Source: Gemmatimonadales bacterium
Lineage (GTDB): Bacteria; Gemmatimonadota; Gemmatimonadetes; Gemmatimonadales; GWC2-71-9
NCBI GenBank assembly: GCA_036377715.1
Contig: DASUXW010000194.1
Location: 528 to 64,527, forward strand
DNA: 64,000 nucleotides
Direction: 5' to 3'
In this document: piece after piece, positions 44,388 through 52,762 of the stretch
Numbering within the stretch: position 1 is the first letter of the stretch
Layout: every line of letters begins with the position of its first letter
Notes under the pieces: generated by a model
Told to the model about the DNA's origin: nothing
What the model saw: only the letters and a program-made list of their open reading frames with translations
Database searches by the model: none
Position numbers and translations under genes: made by a program

Positions 44388-46985
44388 ATGGACGTGTCCG
44401 AGCCCGCCATCCTCGAGGACCGCTTTCGCTTTCTCGCCCGCGCGAGCGCCGCGCTGGGCTCCTCGCTCGACTACGAGACCACCCTCCGCACCCTCGCGCG
44501 CCTGTGCGTGCCCGTGCTGGCCGACTGGTGCGCGGTCGACCTGATCGTGGGCGAGGGCGACCTGCAGCGGCTCGCCGTCACCCACGTGGATCCCGAGCGC
44601 GAGCGCTGGGGCTGGGAGGTCGGCCGGCGCTACCCGCCGCGCGCCGACGCCCCGCACGGGGTGATCGCCGTCCTGCGGAGCGGCCGGGCCGAGCTCTATG
44701 CCGAGATCAACGACGAGATGCTGCGTCAGACTGCCCGCGATCCCGAGCACCTGGCGCTGCTGCGCGCGCTGGGGCTCTCGAGCGCCATCATCGCGCCGCT
44801 CACGGCCCGGGGCCGGACCTTCGGCGCGCTGACGCTGGTCGCCGCCGAGTCGAACCGGCGCTACGGCGCGGCCGAGCTGGAGCTGGCGAGCGAGCTGGCC
44901 GACCGCGCCGCGCTGGCGGTGGACAACGCGCGGCTGCACGGTGCCGAGGCCGAGGCCCGGCGGCATGCCGAGCGTGCCGCCGAGCGTACGGCGCGCCTGC
45001 TCGACGTCACCTCCCGCCTCGCGCGCGACCTGTCGCCGGGCGAGGTGGCCGCCACCATGGTGGACCACGGGATCGGCGCGATGGGAGCGACGGCCGGCGC
45101 GGTGATGCGCCTCGATCCCGACCAGCGGCTCCTGGAGTTGCTGGAGTTTCGGGGCTACAGCGAAGAGCTGGTCCGTCCCTACCGCGTCATCCCGCTGGAC
45201 GCGCCGGTGCCCAACGCCGAGGCGGCACGCACCGGGCAGCCCATCTTCCTCTTTACCCGCGCCGAGCGTGCGGAGCGCTACCCGGGACTCGCCGCGCCGA
45301 TGCGGCAGACGGGCACGGGCGCGATCGTCTCGCTCCCGCTCCTCGCCGGCGACCGGGTGCTCGGCGTGCTGGGCCTGAGCTTCGCCGACGAGCGCGAGTT
45401 CACGGCCGACGAGCGCGCGTTCATGCTCACGCTCGCGGCGCAGTGCGCGCAGGCGCTGGATCGGTCCCGCACGGTGGCCGCCCTGCAGCGGAGCGAGCGC
45501 CGCGCGCGGAGCATCCTCGAATCGAACATGCTCGGCATCGGGCTCTGGACCGGCGGACGGGTCACCGAGGCCAACGATGCCCTGCTCGAGCTGCTGGGCT
45601 GGACTCGCGAGGAGCTGGCAGCGGGAGCCATCGTCACCGCGGTCCTCTCTCCGGCCGAGTACCGCGACATGGACACGAAGGCGCTGGAGGAGTGCGTCGC
45701 GCACGGCACCTGCCGGCCATACGAGAAGGAGTTCTTCCGGAAGGACGGCACTCGCGTGCCGGTGCTCGTCGGCGGCGCCATGGTCGAGGCCGAGCCGGCG
45801 TATCAGGGCGTGTTCTTCGTGCTCGATCTCACCGACCGCCGCAATGCCGAGGCCCGGCTGCACGCGGCCCAGCGCATGGAGGCCGTGGGGCGGCTTGCCG
45901 GCGGCGTGGCGCACGAGATCAACAACGCGCTGCAGGGCGTGCTCGGGTTCGCGGGCTTCGCCCGCCGCGCCGTCCCGGCCGGGACCCAGGCCGCCCAGGA
46001 CGTCGAGGAGATCCAGAAGGCGGCCGTCCGCGCCGCGGATATCACCCAGCAGCTCCTCGCCTTCAGCCGGCGCCAGGTACGCCGCCCCACCGATCTCGAT
46101 CTGGGCCGCGTCGTGACCGAGTTCACCCCGATGATGCAGCAGGCGCTCGGGCCCGAGCGGGAGCTGGTGGTGCGGGTGCCGCCAGGCGGCGCACCGGTGC
46201 TCGCCGACCGCGGCCAGCTCGAGCAGGTGCTGCTCAACCTCACCCTCAACGCGCGGGATGCGATGCCGGGCGGCGGCCAGCTCACGGTATCCGTGGCGAG
46301 GAATGACGGAGCCGTCCACCTCGAGGTGGCCGATACCGGCGGCGGAATGGATCCGCTCGTGCGCGAGCGGGTCTTCGAGCCGTTCTTCACGACCAAGGGT
46401 CCAGGTCAGGGGACGGGGCTGGGCCTCTCGGTGGTGCACGGGATCGTGCACCAGAGCGGCGGGCGGATCGGAGTCGAGAGCGTGAGCGGACGGGGCTCGG
46501 TGTTCCGGATCGAGCTCCCGGCCGCCGGCGAGCTCGCTCCGGCCCCGGTGTCGCTTCCCGCATCCGATCCACCGCGCGGAAGACGGGAGAAGCTGCTGGT
46601 GGTGGACGACGATCCGGCGGTGCTCGGCTTCGCGGCGCGGACGCTGGAGGATGCGGGCTACCAGGTGCTGCGGGCCGCCAATGGCGCCGACGCGCTGCAG
46701 CTCCTCGGGCAGCAGCCGGATGTGGCGCTCGTCCTGTCCGACCTCATCATGCCGGTCCTGAGCGGCCGCGCACTGGGTGAGCGCATCTCGCGCGAGCATC
46801 CCGCGGTGCGAGTCGCCTACATGTCGGGGCGGCCCGACCCCGATTTCGCCGGCGACACGGGTGCGCAGAATGGCCCACCCCTGCTCCAAAAGCCCTTCAC
46901 GCCCGACGCGCTGCTCCGGCAGGTCCGGACGGTGCTCGACGCGGCGACCATCCCGCCCCGCCACCCGGCCCGGACATCACCCTGA
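44388..46985 (+). CDS. hybrid sensor histidine kinase/response regulator (GAF-GAF-PAS-HisKA-HATPase-REC)
   Basis: 865-aa ORF. H-box VAHEINNALQGV, N/G boxes (LNLTLNARDAM, DTGGGMD, GQGTGLGLS), and C-terminal receiver LLVVDDDPAV...DLIMPVLSG. Confidence 0.93.
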   Translation: MDVSEPAILEDRFRFLARASAALGSSLDYETTLRTLARLCVPVLADWCAVDLIVGEGDLQRLAVTHVDPERERWGWEVGRRYPPRADAPHGVIAVLRSGRAELYAEINDEMLRQTARDPEHLALLRALGLSSAIIAPLTARGRTFGALTLVAAESNRRYGAAELELASELADRAALAVDNARLHGAEAEARRHAERAAERTARLLDVTSRLARDLSPGEVAATMVDHGIGAMGATAGAVMRLDPDQRLLELLEFRGYSEELVRPYRVIPLDAPVPNAEAARTGQPIFLFTRAERAERYPGLAAPMRQTGTGAIVSLPLLAGDRVLGVLGLSFADEREFTADERAFMLTLAAQCAQALDRSRTVAALQRSERRARSILESNMLGIGLWTGGRVTEANDALLELLGWTREELAAGAIVTAVLSPAEYRDMDTKALEECVAHGTCRPYEKEFFRKDGTRVPVLVGGAMVEAEPAYQGVFFVLDLTDRRNAEARLHAAQRMEAVGRLAGGVAHEINNALQGVLGFAGFARRAVPAGTQAAQDVEEIQKAAVRAADITQQLLAFSRRQVRRPTDLDLGRVVTEFTPMMQQALGPERELVVRVPPGGAPVLADRGQLEQVLLNLTLNARDAMPGGGQLTVSVARNDGAVHLEVADTGGGMDPLVRERVFEPFFTTKGPGQGTGLGLSVVHGIVHQSGGRIGVESVSGRGSVFRIELPAAGELAPAPVSLPASDPPRGRREKLLVVDDDPAVLGFAARTLEDAGYQVLRAANGADALQLLGQQPDVALVLSDLIMPVLSGRALGERISREHPAVRVAYMSGRPDPDFAGDTGAQNGPPLLQKPFTPDALLRQVRTVLDAATIPPRHPARTSP

Positions 46986-47624
46986 GCGGGCCCGTGCCGC
47001 GACCTGTTTGACGCCCATCCTCGCGAGCTGCCGGTCCTGTACGCCCGAGAGCAGCACCAGCGAGACGATCGCCCCGATCAGCGCGAGCTGCATGTCCCAC
47101 TGCGTATCCCACACGTCGCCCTGGGTGCCGAGGAAGTCGGTGGCCGCGCCGCCGGACGCGAGCGCGGTCCAGAACTCGATCAGCTCATAAAAGGCGCTGA
47201 ACGCGAGACAGAAGCACACCACCAGGAACGGCAGCCAGCGGCTCCCCCCGAGGGGCGAGCGGCGGATGAAGATCTCGCGCGCCAGCATCGCCGGAATGAA
47301 TCCCTGCGCGAAGTGGCCGATCCGGTCGTAATGATTTCTGGCGAAGCCGAACCAATCCTCCATCCAGAATCCGAGCGGTACCCGGGCATAGGTGTAGTGG
47401 CCGCCGAGCATCAGGATGAGGCAATGAACCCAGATGAGGGTATAGGTGAGGGGAGTCAGACGGAGTGTGGGGTAAAACCAGATGAGCACCGGCACCCCAA
47501 TGAAGATCGGCGCCACCTCGAGCCACCAGGTGAACCGATCGTGCGGTGAAATCCCCGACCAGACGAGCAGGGCCAACATGCTGACCAGCAGACCCTGCTC
47601 ATACCACGAGGGCTTCGAGCGCAT
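46977..47624 (-). CDS. DUF2238 integral membrane protein
   Basis: Internal ATG (MRSKPSWYEQG) of track ORF 46977..47834. YDRIGHFAQGF and the FYELIEFW motifs. Confidence 0.82.
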   Translation of the reverse strand: MRSKPSWYEQGLLVSMLALLVWSGISPHDRFTWWLEVAPIFIGVPVLIWFYPTLRLTPLTYTLIWVHCLILMLGGHYTYARVPLGFWMEDWFGFARNHYDRIGHFAQGFIPAMLAREIFIRRSPLGGSRWLPFLVVCFCLAFSAFYELIEFWTALASGGAATDFLGTQGDVWDTQWDMQLALIGAIVSLVLLSGVQDRQLARMGVKQVAARARSG

Positions 47625-47830
47625 CCGGGCTCCGGTTGTTCGGGTTTGGGGTCCACGGCTCCGGCCGAAAGGCGACCCACCCGCTTCGCGGTACCCGGCG
47701 CCGGGCGCCACAGTCGCCGCCCGCATGCGTGGGGCTGCTACTACGGCTGAGATGACTGGCGGCGACTGACGCGCCCTCTGCGAGCATCGCCTCCCGGCCT
47801 GCGCCCGCAACTCCGTTCCCACCGCCCCGC

Positions 47831-47886
47831 TCACCGCTTACCGCTTACCGCTCACTGTTCACCGTTCACCGTTCACCGTTCACTCC
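47831..47886. repeat. tandem heptamer block (TYACYGY)x8
   Basis: TCACCGC TTACCGC TTACCGC TCACTGT TCACCGT TCACCGT TCACCGT TCACTCC. The last unit contains the rnz stop codon. Confidence 0.9.
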
Positions 47887-48794
47887 CGATATCCCACCTC
47901 CACCACCATCCCATCCCGCGCCACCGTCGTCTCCGGGAATACCGCCCTGGCCTCGGCCAGAAGCTCGGGAGCGTCGCGGTTGTAGCGCGGGCTGATGTGG
48001 GTCAGGATCAGGCGGCGCACGCCGGCGTCGAGGGCAAGCCGTGCGGCTTCCGCGGCCGTCGAGTGGCCGGTCTCGACGGCGCGCTCGGCTTCGTCGCCGC
48101 CGAAGGTAGCTTCGTGGATCAGGAGATCGGCGCCGCGGGATGCCTCGAGCACCGCCAGCGTCGGACGGGTATCGCCCGAGTAGACGACTGTGCGGCCGCG
48201 GCGCGGCGCGCCCACCAGGTCCGCCGGGCCGATCGTGCGACCGTCCGCCAGCGTCACCGTCTCACCGCGGTGCAGCCGGCCCCAGAGCGGCCCCTCCGGG
48301 ATGCCCAGTTCCCGCGCGCGCTCCGGGTGGAACCGGCCCAGCCGGGTGTGCTCGGCGAGCGCGTAGCCGACCGTGTCGGCCCGATGCTCGGTGGGGAAGG
48401 CGATGATGTCGTACTCCGCGCGGCCGAGCCGATCGCCCGGGCGCACCTCGACGATGTCGACGGGGAACTTGTTGCGCTCGATCCCGAGGCTCAGCGCCGC
48501 GCCAAGCACCTTCTGTGCCCCGCGGGGCCCGTACAACGTGAGCGGCGCGCTCCGGTCCTGCAGCCCCATGGTCCGCACCAGCCCCGTGATCCCGAGCATG
48601 TGGTCCGCATGGAAGTGGCTGAAGAAGACCTCGGTGAAGGAGAACCCGACCCCGTACCGCATCATCTGCCGCTGCGTTCCCTCGCCGCAGTCGAACAGGA
48701 TCGTCTCCCCCTCCCGCTGCAACGCCAGCCCCGCCACGTTGCGGTCCACCGTGGGGCAGGCGGCGCCGGTGCCGAGGAAGGTGAGGGAGAGCAT
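47880..48794 (-). CDS. rnz: ribonuclease Z
   Basis: Internal ATG (MLSLTFLGTGAACPT) of track ORF 47880..48911. Metallo-beta-lactamase motif FSHFHADH. The N-terminal FTVH... extension in the track is translated repeat DNA. Confidence 0.92.
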   Translation of the reverse strand: MLSLTFLGTGAACPTVDRNVAGLALQREGETILFDCGEGTQRQMMRYGVGFSFTEVFFSHFHADHMLGITGLVRTMGLQDRSAPLTLYGPRGAQKVLGAALSLGIERNKFPVDIVEVRPGDRLGRAEYDIIAFPTEHRADTVGYALAEHTRLGRFHPERARELGIPEGPLWGRLHRGETVTLADGRTIGPADLVGAPRRGRTVVYSGDTRPTLAVLEASRGADLLIHEATFGGDEAERAVETGHSTAAEAARLALDAGVRRLILTHISPRYNRDAPELLAEARAVFPETTVARDGMVVEVGYRE

Positions 48795-48813
48795 GGGCGG
48801 AAAGGTAAGCAGG

Positions 48814-48984
48814 GGCGGTGAACAGTGAATGGTGAACGGTGAACAGTGAACGGTGAACAGTGAACGGTGAACAGTGAACGGTGAACAGTGAACAGTGAAC
48901 GGGACCAGCACACCGGGAGTAGTCTGGTGTGCTGGTCCCGTTCACTGTTCACTGTTCACCGTTCACCATTCACTGTTCACCGCC
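48814..48984. repeat. long palindromic element with heptamer-repeat arms (12 units left, 6 right)
   Basis: Core GGGACCAGCACACC (48901-48914) / GGTGTGCTGGTCCC (48926-48939). The left arm 48817-48900 is (RGTGAAY)x12 and the right arm 48940-48981 is the complementary heptamers x6. The element ends on the mlaD stop codon. Confidence 0.9.
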
Positions 48985-49886
48985 TAGAACAGCTCGATCG
49001 TCACCGGCACCTTCCCCGGATGCTTTTTGAGCTCGTCGATCAGCTGCTTCATGCTCTGGCTCAGGCCCCGGATGTCGGTATAAAAGCCGCTGTCGGTGGC
49101 GAATTTGCCGATGGTGCCGCGGCCGCTGTTCACGCCGGCCAGGACGCTGTCGAGGCGGGCGCTCGTGGTGGTGAGCTGCGCCGTCATGGCGGAGAGGTTG
49201 GCGGTGAGGGTGTCGGTGCGGTCGAGGGCGCGGGCCAAGTTCGGGTTGCCGAGGGTGCTGTCGAGCCGGGCGCCGAGCTGGCGGAAGGTGGCCAGCGTGC
49301 GACTCAGCTCGCCCATGGGGCCGCGCGCGGTGTCGCTCAGGATCCGCATGGTCTGCTGGGTGGACTTGAGCGTGGCCTGGAGGGCCGACATCGTCGCGCG
49401 GAGCTGATCGGCAGTCTCCTGGTTGATGATCTCCTGCGCCGAAATGAGCAGGCTGTCGGCGCGGGTGCTCAGCTCGGCGGCGCGGTCGCTCAGCCCCTCG
49501 GCGCGCTGCCCGCGGATTACGGTCCCGGGGGGGAGCCGCTGGCCGCTCTGGCCCGGATCGAAGTCCACGGCGTAGTCGCCCACGAAGGTGACGGAGACGA
49601 TCTCCGCCGTGGCGTCCGCCTTGGGGGTGATCTGGGGCGGAAGGCTCGCCTCGACGAGCACCTTGCCCACGTCCACGAAGTCGATGGCTTCCACCTTGCC
49701 GACGTTCACGCCCGAGATCCGGAGCGGCGATGCCCGCTTGAGCCCGCTCACATTCTCAAACTGGATCCGGACCGTGTTGCCGGCGCCGACCCGCCGGCCG
49801 CTGAGCCACATGGTCCCGAAGACGAAGACCAGGATGGCCACCAGCACGATCGTGCCCACGGTCACTTCCCGGACGCGGAGATCCAT
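48984..49886 (-). CDS. mlaD: MlaD/MCE-family protein
   Basis: 300-aa ORF. N-terminal TM, then the MCE domain (VRIQFENVSGLKRASPLRISGVNVGKV). Confidence 0.88.
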   Translation of the reverse strand: MDLRVREVTVGTIVLVAILVFVFGTMWLSGRRVGAGNTVRIQFENVSGLKRASPLRISGVNVGKVEAIDFVDVGKVLVEASLPPQITPKADATAEIVSVTFVGDYAVDFDPGQSGQRLPPGTVIRGQRAEGLSDRAAELSTRADSLLISAQEIINQETADQLRATMSALQATLKSTQQTMRILSDTARGPMGELSRTLATFRQLGARLDSTLGNPNLARALDRTDTLTANLSAMTAQLTTTSARLDSVLAGVNSGRGTIGKFATDSGFYTDIRGLSQSMKQLIDELKKHPGKVPVTIELF

Positions 49887-49892
49887 AGACGC

Positions 49893-50645
49893 TCAGGCGG
49901 CGAAGGAGGGATTGTCGAAATCGCGCTCGAGGAACTCGCGGACCTTGGGATTCTGCGAGTCCAGGAACTCCTGCGGGGTGCCCTGCATGACGATCTTGCC
50001 GTCGCTCAGGAGCGCCAGCCGGTCGGCCACGCGGAACGCGCCGCGCACGTCGTGGGTCACCATCACGCTGGTGACGCCGAGCTCGCGGTCGAGCCGCTGC
50101 ACCAGGCCGTCGATGATGTCGGCGTTGACGGGATCGAGCCCCGAGGTGGGCTCGTCGTACAACAGGTACTTGGGGCTCCCCGCGATCGCCCGCGCGATCC
50201 CCACCCGCTTGCGCATGCCACCGGAGAGCTGGGCCGGATACTTCTCCACCGTGTCGGCCGGCAGATTCACCAGCCGGATGCACTCGGCGATCCGCTCGCG
50301 CACGTAGCCCAGGTCCTGGTACTTGTCCTGGTCGGTGATGCCGAGCCGCACGTTCTCGAACACGGTCATCGAGTCGAACAGGGCGCCGTTCTGGAACACG
50401 TAGCCGATGTGCGACCGCAAATCGCTCAGCTCCCTCCGGCCCAGGCGGCACACGTCCTTGCCGTCCACGATGACGGTGCCCTGGTCGGGCTTGATGAGCC
50501 CGATGATGGTCTTGAGCAGCACGCTCTTGCCGGTCCCCGACGGGCCCAGCAGCGCCACCGTCTCGCCTTCGCGTACCTCGAACTCGACGCCGTTCAGCAC
50601 CGTCTGCTTGCCGAACCGCTTCACCACGCCGTGAACCTCGATCAT
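49893..50645 (-). CDS. mlaF: ABC transporter ATP-binding protein (MlaF-like)
   Basis: 250-aa ORF. Walker A GPSGTGKS, signature LSGGMRKR, and Walker B LLYDEPTSGLD. Confidence 0.93.
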   Translation of the reverse strand: MIEVHGVVKRFGKQTVLNGVEFEVREGETVALLGPSGTGKSVLLKTIIGLIKPDQGTVIVDGKDVCRLGRRELSDLRSHIGYVFQNGALFDSMTVFENVRLGITDQDKYQDLGYVRERIAECIRLVNLPADTVEKYPAQLSGGMRKRVGIARAIAGSPKYLLYDEPTSGLDPVNADIIDGLVQRLDRELGVTSVMVTHDVRGAFRVADRLALLSDGKIVMQGTPQEFLDSQNPKVREFLERDFDNPSFAA

Positions 50646-50655
50646 GGACGGAGGC

Positions 50656-51447
50656 TCACTGGTTGAGCAGGAGGCGGGTGAGCACGGTGTCGAGCACCAG
50701 AATGAGCACCGAGCTGGTGACGACCGCGGTCGTGGTGCTCTTGCCCACGCCCTCGGCGCCCTGCTGCGTGTTGAACCCCATGTAGCAGGAGATGATCGTG
50801 ATCGAGCCGGCGAAGAAGAACGCCTTGATGATCGAGTACCACGCGTCCCACGGCCGCCAGTAGTACTGGGCCCCGTAGATGAAGTCGGCGTCCGTGACCG
50901 GCAGGACCGCCTTGACCGAGAGCCAGCCCGACAGGATGCCCGTGAGATTCGCGAAGATGGTGAGCGCCGGGATCATGATGAGCCCCGCCAGAACCCGCGG
51001 GATGACCAGGTGCGACGACGGCGAGCGGCCCAGGCTCTCGAGCGCGTCGATCTGCTCGGTGACGCGCATGGTGCCCAGTTCGGCCGCATAGCGCGCCCCG
51101 ATGCGCCCGGCCAGGATGAGCGCGGTGAGCACCGGGCCCAGCTCCAGGATGATCGAGGAGACGACCAGCGTCCCCACCACGTAGTACGGGATGTTGCCGG
51201 CGAACTGGTACCCGGTCTGGAGCGCCGTCACCGCGCCGGCGAAGGCGGAGATGAGGAGCACGATGAACAGGCTCCCCGCCCCGATGTTCCACGCCTCTAC
51301 CATCATCCGCGGCCACCAGATCCGGATCTCGCTCAGGCCGCGGATCATGTCCACTACAAAGAAGGTCAGGCGGCCCACCTGCGACGCCCCGTCGAGGACG
51401 AGGCGGCCGGTGAGCTGGCGAATGTCGAGCGTGGTGGCGTTGGCCAT
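50656..51447 (-). CDS. mlaE: ABC transporter permease (MlaE-like)
   Basis: Internal ATG (MANATTLDIRQ) of track ORF 50656..51525. MlaE-type pattern ...MRVTEQIDALESLG... Confidence 0.9.
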   Translation of the reverse strand: MANATTLDIRQLTGRLVLDGASQVGRLTFFVVDMIRGLSEIRIWWPRMMVEAWNIGAGSLFIVLLISAFAGAVTALQTGYQFAGNIPYYVVGTLVVSSIILELGPVLTALILAGRIGARYAAELGTMRVTEQIDALESLGRSPSSHLVIPRVLAGLIMIPALTIFANLTGILSGWLSVKAVLPVTDADFIYGAQYYWRPWDAWYSIIKAFFFAGSITIISCYMGFNTQQGAEGVGKSTTTAVVTSSVLILVLDTVLTRLLLNQ

Positions 51448-51469
51448 AGGTCCTGTATCTTGCCCACCC

Positions 51470-52159
51470 ATGCCCCGTAAATCCACCCCCGCCCGGCAGT
51501 TCGCACGCGCCCACTCGGACGCCACGGCCTTCCGCCGCCGGCTGCTGCGCTGGTTTCGGCGTCACGCGCGCGATCTTCCCTGGCGCCGGACCCGCGATCC
51601 TTATCGGGTGCTGGTCTCCGAATTCATGCTGCAGCAGACCCAGGTTGCCCGGGTCGAGGCGTACTATCACCGCTTTCTCGCGCGATACCCCACCCTCGAG
51701 GCGCTGGCCCGGGCCGAGCCGGCGATGGTTCGGGAAAGCTGGGAGGGCCTGGGCTACTACCGGCGCGCGGCCAATCTGCACCGGCTGGCGCGCACCGTGG
51801 TGGACGAGCACGGCGGCGTCGTGCCCGCCGACCCGGCAGCGCTCCTGCGGCTCCCCGGCGTCGGCCGTTACACCGCCGGCGCCGTGGCGAGCTTTGCCTA
51901 CGAGCGGGCCACCCCGGCCATCGACACCAACGTGGCCCGGGTCATCCGGCGGGCGTTTCACCCGCGCCTGCGCGGCCCCGGCGTCGAGCGGCGAATATGG
52001 GAGACGGGCGCCAGGCTGGTCCCGCGGCGGAACGGCGCCGCGGCCTGGACCTTCAACCAGGCGATCATGGAGCTGGGAGCGCTGGTCTGCACGGCGCGGG
52101 TGCCGCGGTGTCCCGAATGCCCGGTGCGCGGAGTCTGTCGGACCGGCACTCGGCGCTGA
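51470..52159 (+). CDS. HhH-GPD base-excision glycosylase, MutY/EndoIII-like (no NUDIX-like C-terminal domain)
   Basis: ATG at 51470 inside track ORF 51191..52159. LPWRRTRDPYRVLVSEFMLQQT, LPGVGRYTAGAV, and the Fe-S loop CTARVPRCPECPVRGVC. Confidence 0.88.
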   Translation: MPRKSTPARQFARAHSDATAFRRRLLRWFRRHARDLPWRRTRDPYRVLVSEFMLQQTQVARVEAYYHRFLARYPTLEALARAEPAMVRESWEGLGYYRRAANLHRLARTVVDEHGGVVPADPAALLRLPGVGRYTAGAVASFAYERATPAIDTNVARVIRRAFHPRLRGPGVERRIWETGARLVPRRNGAAAWTFNQAIMELGALVCTARVPRCPECPVRGVCRTGTRR

Positions 52160-52243
52160 GCCTCCCGGGGCGCGGCCGCCCTGGCCACCGCGCGCCGCGC
52201 GCCGCAGATTGCACCCCAACCCCCACCCCGAGGCCGACCCCCC

Positions 52244-52630
52244 ATGGATACCGACAGCGTCTTCGTCGAGGCGAGCTTCACGCTGGGCAGGAGCGCCGGC
52301 GGCTGCCAGTTGTCCTCCGACGCGGCACGGATGTTCGGCCGCATCCTCCAGCTCACCCTGGCCGCGGGGATCGCCAATACCCCCGACCTGTGGGAGTCCC
52401 GGGAGACCGGCCGAGACTACGTGCTGGGCGTGGTCGCGCGGATCGGCGAGGAGGCCGCCCGACTGGCCGGCAAGGACCGCGAGATCACCGCCGACATCAT
52501 CCGGGAAGCCTCCAACAGGATCATCGATCGGGAGCGGGAGCGATTCGGGCTCCCGCGGCCCGACCAGAGCGCGATCCTGAGCAAGTTCTGCTTCGCGTAC
52601 GTGCTGAGCGACCTCTTCGGGGAGCGGTAG
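52244..52630 (+). CDS. hypothetical 128-aa protein, same frame as the downstream kinase
   Basis: Track ORF with no family recognised. It ends at TAG 52628-52630 (see finding). Confidence 0.5.
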   Translation: MDTDSVFVEASFTLGRSAGGCQLSSDAARMFGRILQLTLAAGIANTPDLWESRETGRDYVLGVVARIGEEAARLAGKDREITADIIREASNRIIDRERERFGLPRPDQSAILSKFCFAYVLSDLFGER

Positions 52631-52762
52631 ACGACCCGCCCCTGGCTCCGCGTTCTCGCCGCGATCGCCGGGCTCAAGATCGGGCTCGGCCTGCTCGGGT
52701 TCCTCGCCGGCGCGCCGCTGGAGGGGACTCGCCCCGAGCGTTACCTCGTCTACCTGGCGCAC

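Noticed and set aside
47826-48990. FTVHRS/FTVHCS-repeat peptides (ORFs 48262..48945, 48662..48952, 48888..50666, and the N-terminus of 47880..48911), and the possibility of a CRISPR array.
   Set aside because: The peptides are just translations of 7-nt tandem repeats (7 nt x 3 = 21 nt, giving a 7-aa period). The repeats are contiguous 7-mers with no spacers and form a palindrome, so this is not CRISPR-like. No cas genes are present.
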